From NCBI RefSeq assembly GCF_009914755.1, contig NC_060929.1: a stretch of DNA of 64,000 nt; one strand, 5' to 3'. The position numbers and the translations under genes are program-made. The stretch is from the human T2T-CHM13v2.0 reference genome, Homo sapiens. Positions within the stretch are counted from its first letter, which is position 1, and every line of letters starts with the position of its first letter. The notes below the pieces were generated by a model that was not told where the DNA came from, searched no databases, and saw only the letters and a program-made list of their open reading frames with translations. Shown one piece after another: positions 31,252 to 41,493 of the stretch.

Positions 31252-32017
31252 CTGGGTCAGGTTTTTAAACGGCACTGTCCTCGGTATCTCAATGTTAAGA
31301 TGACTGGTGATTTCATGAGTTAAACGTGCCAAGCGCTTAGAAGTGTGTCAGCACATTGTGACACTCAACAAACTTCATTAGTGTTTCCACCAGTCTGCTG
31401 CCTGAACCGGCCAAGAGGACCACCTGCATCCCTGCGCACAGTACAGAGAGCTCAGAGTTGAGGAAGGTGTGGGCCCGGTTTGCTATGGGGGCAGTGAGGG
31501 GTGAGAAGAGGCCCTGGGGAAACTCTGGAGTGCTTATTGAGTATTTTGTGCCACCCCGGGAATAAAGAGATCAAGAAGACCCAGCCCTGGAAGCAAGAAG
31601 ACAGGCAGAGAGGCGAAGGTTAGTGCACGAAGGAAAACAAGGGGATTGCGGGGAATGTACAGGAGATATGGGCCAGACAGCAACAAAGAGAAGACACAAA
31701 AGAACATTAAGATAGTCACTGTAAGAGAATTTTATTATTTCTGATTGAGCATTGAGGCACAAGTCTGTTATCCAATTTAAGCACTTAATGAAAGCATTCT
31801 CAACATTTTTAAGGCAGTGATTTTGATTTATGAACTGTGCTCTTGGCTATCCTTGATGATTATCCTTTAGTGTAGTGGGCCGCCTTTTTTTTTTTTTTTA
31901 AAAAACTATCTACCCTTCAGAGCTGCCTACTCTCTGGCAATGCCAGACTAAACAAGAACACCAGAGCTTCCTGCCAGAAAAGGTTCACACATGGTCCTCT
32001 GTAACATCTAGGAAAGC

Positions 32018-32094
32018 GCATTTGAGGGGTGCTGTTGGCATCTGAGGGGTGCTGTTGGCATTTGAGGGGTGCTGTTGGCATTTGAGGGGTGCTG
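32018..32094. repeat. 20-bp tandem repeat, ~3.8 copies
   Basis: gcat(t/c)tgaggggtgctgttg. Confidence 0.92.
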
Positions 32095-32490
32095 CTATTG
32101 GGCCCCTCCTCTAACTATGGTCTTGGAGACAGATGACAGATGGTGACAGCCACCCGCAAGAGCTCACCCCGTAAGTCTAAAGGGGTTGCCCTGAAGTTAC
32201 TAGAGGAGTTTACCTGGGGGATGAACAGTGCTGGTACCCTGATGCTGAAGCGGGACGTGAGACTCACTGCAGCAAACACAGCCCCACCCTGTGACTTGCC
32301 CCGAGGCCCAAACCTCGAATTTCATAAAGGAGAAAAACTGAGCCCCAGTGAAGCGTGAAGTGATGTCTTCAAACTTAGAACCCAAGCTCACTGCTACACT
32401 AGCACAAATAAGCTGCCTCTTCCCTCCTCAGGGGTAAATAAACTACTTACTCTGTAATTCACAAAGCCTAGCTGTTTACTCTGCAATTCA

Positions 32491-32868
<378 letters not shown>

Positions 32869-33382
32869 TTAATTACTGTACTTTGGTTCTGTATCATTCC
32901 AACAGATACGCTTTAATGTAACCCATGTCCTGGGGAGTGGAGGGCCAGAGCAGGTGGCTGCTGCAGTTCCTGGAGGCAGCCCTGCCCGGGGTGGAAATCA
33001 AGGCGCTCCTCCCCACAGTGGACAGGGACCCGCTGTGGTAGAATGGAAGTCAGTTATCCTTAAAAGAAATCCCATCAAAAAAAAAACTCCCTTTGAAGTA
33101 CTTTTTTTCTTAAAACCAATGCAACACAAATTCCCCCAAAACCATTTTCCATCACAGTGGAATGATTTTCTAAAACCCCATGCCTCTTAAGTTCTCTGGC
33201 ATCAGTTAGACATTTTTCTTTCCCAGTGCCAGTTAGTTTTGTTGTAGAGAGCCTCCGTCACCACTGAAAAATATTGCCTACTCTGGACTGCAACATATTT
33301 AAAGAACCGCTCCTATTCATTGTGCTGGTGCAGAGAATTCCCGCCCTATAGCGGAGGACAGCAGAGAAGGATAATGGGAATC

Positions 33383-33781
<399 letters not shown>

Positions 33782-34649
33782 TGACACTAAGGCGTGCTAT
33801 TAAGACCTAAAAGAACCTCACGCATCCATACATTGAAGTGACTTGGCTTCTGAGACCCAAGGCCTTTGATCTTCTCACCAGTGTCCCTCCATATGGACCG
33901 ACTGCCACTGGAAAGGAGAGTAGAAACGGAAACAGACCCGTCTGGACAGAATCCAAAGTGCAAACAGGAACTGTGCCCAGAGAGAGGAGGAGGTGGCAGA
34001 AGCATGAAGGCTGCTTAGATCCCTATGTTCTAAGAAAGACCGCTCTTTCCTGGCTTTAACTTCCTTGGCTCAGAAGTTTAGGATTTGCTCAAAATCAGAA
34101 AAAGCAACTTTGGGGGAAAAAAAAAATCTGGATGTGGAAGAAACTGGCGGTGAAAGTCATATTGAGTGATTAATGATAAAAATTATTTCCGCTCCTTGGT
34201 TCTTGAGTCGGTATGAAACGCTGGCAGCCTCTAATTAATCATCACCATGATATTAACACCACTGACTTTTCATTGCTTCTGCTACTTTCTTTCTAGACAT
34301 CTGTATCCTCTAAGTAAATATTATCCGCCAAAACTTTGTTATAAGTTGTGCAACTGGGTTCGCCCAAGGCACCGGAGCCTGCGCGCAATCGCACAGGTAC
34401 GCGGCCGCCCGCGGTCCTCAGGAAGAAACGCTTCGCCGCCGCCGGCAAGCGGGGCCGAAGCTCCGGCGGGCTCGTCCCGGGCCTGGGCGCCCGACCTCTC
34501 CGCGGCCCGCGCCCCTCGGGCGGGCATCAAGGCCCGGAACCCGTCTCAGCGCTCGCCGGGGCCCTCCCCGCGGAGCCCCCGCCCGGCGCCCCCGGGTTCG
34601 AGCCCGCCCCCGGCACCCGCGCGTGGAGAGAGAGGAAAAGAGTCAGTAC

Positions 34650-34704
34650 CGGCGGGCGGGTGTCCAGCTTTAGTCTCTAGTTTCCCTTCGGGAGGCGAAG
34701 ACAT
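34650..34704 (-). CDS. DAP: DAP (death-associated protein 1) coding exon 1, codons 1-18 plus first base of codon 19
   Basis: Minus strand GCCGCGCC-ATG TCT TCG CCT CCC GAA GGG AAA CTA GAG ACT AAA GCT GGA CAC CCG CCC GCC G|GTACTG = MSSPPEGKLETKAGHPPA, the recognisable DAP1 N-terminus; GT donor at 34649-34648; inside CpG island. Confidence 0.97.
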
Positions 34705-34870
34705 GGCGCGGCGGGGCTTCCGCGGGGCCGAGGCGGCGGCGCGGTTCTCGGGCCGGGCGGGCGTGCGCGAGTGAGCTCAGGTGTGAGCGCCGGGGAGCGA
34801 GCGGGCGGGAGAACGACGCGCGCGCGTGGGGCGCCGGGGCCGCGCGAGCCGGGTGAGTGCCACTGCCGTT
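34705..34870 (-). other. DAP: DAP 5' UTR (GC-rich, no upstream ATG); TSS position approximate
   Basis: GC-rich ATG-free leader upstream of the start codon and downstream of the CRE/GC-box cluster; exact TSS cannot be read from sequence. Confidence 0.65.
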
Positions 34871-34931
34871 AAGGGGGCGCGGCCGCCGCGCGCCGACGTG
34901 GCGCAGCCGAGCCCACCGACGGCATGCGCAC

Positions 34932-34939
34932 TGACGTCA
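34932..34939. promoter_or_regulatory. Full palindromic CRE (CREB/ATF) next to an NRF1-like GCATGCGCA (34922-34930)
   Basis: GGCATGCGCAC-TGACGTCA, about 60 bp upstream of the inferred TSS. Confidence 0.75.
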
Positions 34940-35024
34940 CCGCGGCCCGCCCGCCCTGCTGGGCCGCGAGCCAAGCATACGGTGCGTGCGCAGCCGGCCG
35001 CGCCACGTCGGATGCTGTGGCCGA

Positions 35025-35051
35025 GGGCGGAGGCGGGGGCGGGGGCGGGGG
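35025..35051. promoter_or_regulatory. Tandem GC boxes (Sp/KLF), followed by a purine-rich tract to ~35115
   Basis: GGGCGGAGGCGGGGGCGGGGGCGGGGG. Confidence 0.7.
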
Positions 35052-35475
35052 AGGAGGAGGGAGGGGAGAGAAGGGGTGAAGAAGTGAGAGGGAGAAGGAA
35101 GGAGAGGGAGGCGGGGTCCCCGACTGGCTGCGGGGACTGGAGTTGCGGAAAGTTAAGTAGGGCCCAGCTGAGGATGGCTCCTGCAGCGAACGCGCTCAGC
35201 CGGGCTCCTGGCTACGCGGCGACGGCTGGGTGACTGCGCCCCACAGTGCGGGCCAGGGCCGGGGCGTCCCGGCAGGGAGGCGACCGTCCCCTGAGGCCCT
35301 CAGCCCCTGCCGCGGCAGCGCCTAATGAAGCGCGGAAAGGAGAGCCCAGATGGCAGCGACGGGGGCCGAGAGAGCAGGAATTTGTTAAAAGACGATGCGA
35401 GGGGAGAGCCTGCTTTCCGAGTGAGGGCCAGCGCTGGGGAGCAGAGACGGTGGCTTCTGTCCCTGCCCTCCTCGT

Positions 35476-36033
35476 TATGAACCAAAAATAAAATTCTAAG
35501 CCCTGCAGCCAACGGATGGACCCTCCCCTCCGCCTGTGGCCTTCTAAGTTATCTTGAAAAACTAGTTCAGGCCTTGATGGGAAGCGGAAGTCAAACATGG
35601 CCTCACAAACATCCGCACGGAGACCCTAAGACTAATAGAGGACTCTGATAAGAAACATTTGCAGTGTATTCCCGGCTTCATCTGCATGATAACACCTTGG
35701 TCTCCACAACTCCTTCATGCAACCCGGACATTCCCTTCTACTGAGTCCAGGTCTTTAGATGATAACTCTCAACCAGTTGCCAATCAGAAAACCTTTAAAT
35801 GTACCTATGACCCGGACGCCTCCACTTCACATTTTACCTCCTAAAGAGCCAACCTACATCTTACGTATTGATTGATGTCTCATGTCTCCCTCAAATGTAT
35901 AAAACCAAGATGTTTCCTGGCCACCCTGGGCACATGTCATCAGAACCTCCTGAGGTTGTGTCAATGCACGTCCTTAACCTTGGCAAAATAAACTTCCTAA
36001 ATTGAGACCACTCTCAGAAACTTTTGGTTTTCA
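35476..36033 (+). mobile_element. MER4-family (ERV1) solo LTR abutting the CpG island
   Basis: aaccaaaaataaaattctaagccc...gaaaaactagttcaggcc.tgatggg...ccttaaccttggcaaaataaacttcctaaattgag...ttttggttttcac. Confidence 0.75.
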
Positions 36034-36637
36034 CCATCATCTTCCTGTTGCCGTGGCTGACCCCTGGCTCTCGTGCCTTGGATCGTGTTCTTCCCGCCTG
36101 CCCCAGTGTTTTGCAACTGCTGTTAACTTCCGCAATGCCTTGCTGGATTCGCATTCAGACAGGCCTAATCTCTTTAGCGAAGGAAACACCACCCCTCGCT
36201 TGGCTGTACTTTTCCCTTTGACAACAAAACTGTTCAGGGAGGCTGAGCTCCTCATCTCTTGTCACTCCCTCCAGTCCAGTTTGTCTGGTTTTCATCAAGT
36301 TCTGCTGCACTGCCCTCAACCATGGGAGGTCCTTTTGTGGAAGTCACTTATAACCTATGTGCTGCCAGATCCAATGGTCATTTTCTACTTTCATTCTATT
36401 TGAGCTCTTAGCAGCACTTGATGCAGCTGGCCGTCCCCCTCCTCCTTTGCTCCGGAGGTGCCACATCACTGCCTTACCCTCCAGTTCTCTGGCCACCCTG
36501 GCTGCTCACTCTGTCAGCTTGGCAGTTCGCCCTCTTCTAGATTTATAAACATTTGAGTATCGCAAGGCTCAGCATTGGCCTTCTTCTCTATCTAGACTTC
36601 CCATAGATAGTCACATGCAGCCTGTGGACGACTATCA

Positions 36638-36808
36638 TGCAGATGCTTACAGGTGCCAAATCTGCAACCTCATTTCTCTATTTCTGCCCCTCCCCTGAAC
36701 TCCAGACTCACCACCACCACCACCTGCAGACGCTTATGGGTGCCACATCTGCAACTTAATTTCTCTCTTTCTGCCCCTCCACTGAACTCCAAACTCACCA
36801 CCGCCACC
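36638..36808. repeat. Diverged 87-bp tandem duplication inside L2
   Basis: tgcagatgcttacaggtgccaaatctgcaac...ccaccacc (36638) and tgcagacgcttatgggtgccacatctgcaac...ccgccacc (36725). Confidence 0.9.
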
Positions 36809-36849
36809 TTGGCTTCTCTATTTGTTGTCTAACTCAGTGCTGCGCAACT

Positions 36850-37345
36850 CTGTGCATCAGGGCACACATGGAGATGCACATAGCATACATTGGTCTTGCA
36901 TTCCCCACTCCATACACACATTTCAACACCGGTAATAGGATAATTGTTGGCCAGGCTGCAGTCATGATATGCTTGCCATTGTCTTGCATTCACATCCAAA
37001 CTTCCAAGTGGGTGCCAGCAGTTTAGAAGAGAATCCTGAAATTAATACTGGGTTACTCTTTAAAGAGATAGCACATCACTCACGTTCTTAAAGGTTTAAG
37101 GATACCTAACTGATTAATTTCATGAGTAACTTCCTTTTTATGTATGTGCAAAAGTGCTATATAGTTAAAAACTTATGTCGTATGTCTTAAGCCTAAAGAA
37201 TTATTTCTTGGAAGTATAAAATGAAAATTTTAAGTTGAAAGAGCACATTGTGGTATCATTTAATTGGTAGTGTTTTTACCCTTAGTGGTACCTAAAACAA
37301 AGTTGCATGTTACGAGCCACAGCATCTTAGACTCAATAACAAATG
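36850..37345. mobile_element. TcMar (Kanga/Tc2-like) DNA transposon fragment
   Basis: Terminal ...gcatgttac..cagcatcttagactcaat resembles a Tc2-group TIR. Confidence 0.4.
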
Positions 37346-37510
37346 CTATTGGTAAGGAACCCTGGGGGGTGGGGGAGAAAGCCTTCACAGGAAGGAGCAG
37401 AGCTCCAGAGGGGCCCTGGTGGCCCCTGGACTGCCCTGAGGTCTGACAGGTTGTGTCTCTTTGCCTGTGACCTGTTCTCCAGGTTTGTACTGATTGGGAA
37501 ACTCTGGTTG

Positions 37511-38222
37511 TCTTACAGTAGGTAGCTAGTCGGCCTGAGCAGGGCAGGAGAGGACTCTTCCCCCACAACCCACACCACCAGAAATGTTGTGTGACCATCA
37601 GGTGATGGTCAGGAAGTTGTTACACTGTTTCTCTAAAATAATAATTGGTTGCAGTCAGTGCCAGGGAAAGGCAGTCTCCCAGTAGATAGAAAAAACCTGA
37701 AAGTGGTGGTCAGCAGCTTCCTGGTAAGATCTCTTTGCCACACATCGAGAGGCAAAATGGCAACGTTTGACTGGTATATGACCTTCTAGGAACATGAGGC
37801 TGGTAAGGGAAGATTGCCTCAAGTGAGCATGTGTACACTTCCAATAAACACACTGCCCCTGCTCACTTTCCAAGCGCTGGCAAGTCACTGTGCATGTGGA
37901 CAGCCTACCCCAAGGGAAGAATCAGGGGATAAGACTGATCCCTGAAGAATCAAGGGATGCAAGACTCCAGAAGTGTGCCAATGTATAAAACCCTAAGTCA
38001 AAGGTCAAACCGTGCACTTGATCTCTAAAGTTACCTGCTTGGCCATCTTCCAAGTGTACTTTCCTTTTGTTCCAGATCTAAAGCTTTTTAATAAACTTTC
38101 ACTCCTCCTTTAAAGTTGCCTCAGTCTCTCTTTCTGCTTTATACCCCTCAGTTGAATTCTTCCTTCTGAAGAGGCAAGAATTGAGGTTGCTGCAGACCTG
38201 TACAGATTCACTGCCACTAACG
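37511..38222 (+). mobile_element. MER50-like (ERV1) solo LTR
   Basis: ttacagtaggtagctagtc..gagcagggcaggagagg...gaccatcaggtgatggtcagg...aataaactttcactcct...gaggcaagaattgaggttgctgcagacc. Confidence 0.75.
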
Positions 38223-38439
38223 TATTATATTTGGGTGCTACGTGATTCAGGTACATTCTGCTCCTGACAGTGTGACAGCCAAGTTAATTTTACATCTTCA
38301 AAGAACTCTTGATTTCCCACCTATCGGCAAATAGCTTCTCCTCTAGAATACAATCCAAGCTACTCATTACAGTGTGGAATAATCTGTCTACTCAATAGCA
38401 TTTCTAATGAAGGAAATACTGTTAAGAAGGTAGTGAACT

Positions 38440-38851
38440 TCGCAAAAAAAAGACATTTATTTTTCAGCTTCCCTTGTAGCTAGGGGTAGCCAAGTGACAC
38501 AGTTTTGACCATGGAAATCTGCTGGGGTGTTTTGGGGAAAATTTACATTCTTAATATGGGGACACCCCTTCCTCCTGGTGACATCATTTGTACCACCTTG
38601 AATTCAGACAGAAGGCCAAAGGTAGAACAATCATATCGCAACTGTGAGGCAATCAAAGGCATGAAAATCACAAGCTAAAGGTGACAGAGCAGGAAGGTCA
38701 AAGGCATGTGGGAATCTGAGGGTCCATGGAGGCGCTTCAGAGCTGTGGACTCCTCGTCCAGACTTTTTTGTTGTGTGGGAAACAAATTTCTATTAAATAA
38801 AGTCCTTGTGGTTGGTGTCTTCATGGGCAGCCAAATGCAACCCCTAGCACA
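38440..38851 (+). mobile_element. Old ERVL/MaLR-type LTR fragment
   Basis: cagcttcccttgtagctagggg..ccaagtgacacagttttgacc...gcagccaaatgcaaccc. Confidence 0.5.
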
Positions 38852-38999
38852 CATGGCCTACCAGACCCTGCATGATGGGGGTCCTGCCCAGTTGTGAGCT
38901 CCTCCCTCTTGGCTCCTCTGGCCACACTGGCCTTTCTGAGGTTCCTCTAGCAGGACAAGCCAATTCTTCCCCTTGGGACTTTGTGTTAGCCACTCCCAC

Positions 39000-39322
39000 T
39001 GAGACAGCCAAGCATAAAGGGGTCCGCAGAGAAACTCTGACTACCTGCACACCGGAAGATGGGGTGGAGCCACAGAAGTTCACGCCCTTTACAGGGGAGA
39101 GGAGCCTGACCTCTTCCCGGGTGGAATCTGGGATTCAATCTGTGACGCGGGAAACCGGCTAGCAGGACTCTTGCTTTGCTGAAAGTCCCTGTTTCCTTTT
39201 TTTCCTTTTTGCCTAATAAATTCCATTTTCCCCACCCTTCAAAGTGTCTGTGAGCCTAATCTTTCGTGGTTATGTGACAAGGACGCTCTTTTTAGCTAGG
39301 CTAACAAGAAAGTCCTACAACA
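39000..39322 (+). mobile_element. MER61 (ERV1) solo LTR, TG...CA ends with 4-bp TSD ccac
   Basis: tgagacagccaag..taaaggggtcc...ggggtggagcc..gaagttc...gaaagtcctacaaca; ccac at 38996-38999 and 39323-39326. Confidence 0.85.
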
Positions 39323-40165
39323 CCACTGCCGAGAACTGTCTCTTCCAGATCCTCGCGTAGTTAACTTCTTCTTATTCTGGAATCAGCTTTTCAAGGGGCC
39401 TGCTCTGTCTTACTGTCTTTATAGCACTCTATCCTCATCTGAAATTCCTCATTTATCTGTCTGCTGGCTTATTGTTTTTCTCCACTGACTAGAATGTCAG
39501 CTCCATGAGGGGAGAAACCTAATCCATCTTGCCCACTAGGTATTCCCAGCACCTAAAACCATGGTGGGCACAGAAGAAGCATTCAACAGTTATTTTCTCC
39601 CCATAATTCTAGAACATAGATACATTTAATTTCTCACAACTGCTACCTAAATGAAGAGTAGCCAATGATGACTAAACAGAGAATGAAAAATGTATATAGC
39701 ATATAGATGGCACATGGCCAGTGATCTTTTCTGACATTTGCTTTATCTTGTAAATACTTTGTGTGTGCATATGTGTGTGCACACGTGTGTGCATGCATGC
39801 ATGGGAGTGTCCAGCCCCTCCAGCCCTAGATGCTGAGGATAAATGTCAGGCATCACCCACTGGTGATATAGATGTACTATGTAGATGTTCTATGTAGATG
39901 TACATACTCAGTAGATAGGATGAGAATTGTTGAATGAATAATCTTATTTGCATCTCACAATAACAGTAGGAGTAAGATGTACCAAGGAAAACAAAAACAA
40001 ACAAACAAAATGGAGAAGAGAAGGATTGTTGGACTTATGTGGGATGCAACTCTGGTGAGTGTGACCTGGGACCCAGGCTGGATTTTCTAAGCCCCAGTTC
40101 CATTCCCCCAAGTGAGGGCTGACTTCTAAACAGAGTTTTGGGAACCATTTTCTTTTCTTCTCTAA

Positions 40166-40449
<284 letters not shown>

Positions 40450-41119
40450 TAAATAGGCTGTTTTCTAATCCCAAATGGTGGTAAATTCACTTAGTGTGAA
40501 TGCTGTAAGCCCTGGAAAAAGTATTTGAAGAAGAAACGGAAAATGCAGATTCTCTTCTCCAGATGTGTATTTTGTGTCCGTGGCTACATCACTAAACCTT
40601 TCTGAGTCTCAGTGTCCTCATCTGCAAGTCAGAGATGTGAACACTAATGCCTCTCCCAGGAAGGTTGTGAGAATTAAGGGCTTTGACTAAACATGATTAT
40701 GCCCGTACAGCTCCGTGTCACCCCACTTACCCCCTACAGGATCCTGAGACACAGGGGGTTCTCTGCCCTTTTTTGATGGAGAAATTGGATCTGTAGCTGG
40801 ATTTTCTAAGCTTGGTGCAAGGATTGGTAGCTAGTGTGGGGAGACCCAAGAGAACCCAGCTCTTGCTATCTTATCCATTGTAAATTTAAAAGTGTTTTGT
40901 AAGCCATAATATACTAGAGAATGTACTGTTATTACTGCAAAGGGAGTTTCTTTTTATCAGCATTCATGAAATATACGAATAGTCCCAGTGTGTATTAAAA
41001 TAATCCCACATAACAATCACTTCGATGAATATTGCTTTCTTTATTCCAGGCTGGTTTCTGTTTCCTGTCTTCTTGTGCTGTTGTCTGATAGATGAGAATT
41101 TTGTATTCTTATTTACTAC

Positions 41120-41493
41120 TTCTATGGCTTGAATGTGTCTCCCAAAATTCATGTGTTGGAAACTTAATCCCCAATGCAATGGTGTTGAGAAGTGGGATCT
41201 TTAATAAGTGACTGGCTCATGAGGGCTCTGTTCTCATGAATGGATTTATGCTGTTATCACAGGAGTGGGCTCCCGATAAGAGGATGAATTCAGCCCTCCT
41301 TCCTCTTCTTTCACGTGTTCTCTTGCCCTTCCACCCTCCACCATGGGATGACACACCAAGAAGGCCTTCACCAGATGTGGGCCCTTGACCTTGGACTTCC
41401 CAGCCTCCAGAACTGTGAGAAATAAATATTTGTTTTTTATAAATTACACAGTCTCAGGTATTCTGTTATAGTAGCATAAAATGGACCAAGACA
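41120..41493 (+). mobile_element. MST-type (ERVL-MaLR) solo LTR
   Basis: ctatggcttgaatgtgtctcccaaaattcatgtgttggaaacttaatccccaatgc...gtagcataaaatggaccaagaca. Confidence 0.88.

Larger units (their letters stand above)
34370..35450. promoter_or_regulatory. CpG island / DAP promoter (TATA-less, probably bidirectional)
   Basis: Very high GC and CpG density against a CpG-depleted background; spans DAP exon 1. Confidence 0.95.
36200..39597 (+). mobile_element. Fragmented L2 LINE (pieces ~36200-36830, 38852-38999, 39323-39597) with nested insertions
   Basis: ccagatccaatggtcattttc..tgagctcttagcagcacttgatgcag; L2a-like 3' end actagaatgtcagctccatgaggg...cccagcacctaaaac..gcattcaacag. Confidence 0.7.

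Noticed and set aside
34640-34650. U12-type intron for the unusual exon 1 donor
   Set aside because: GTACTGAC does not match the U12 consensus RTATCCTT; it is a weak U2 donor.
34247-35598. Several 80-175 aa Pro/Arg/Gly/Ala-rich ORFs
   Set aside because: Stop-codon scarcity in a CpG island; only the 55-nt DAP exon matches a known protein.
39000-39322. p53 response element in MER61
   Set aside because: Some MER61 subfamilies carry p53 sites, but I find no paired RRRCWWGYYY in this copy.
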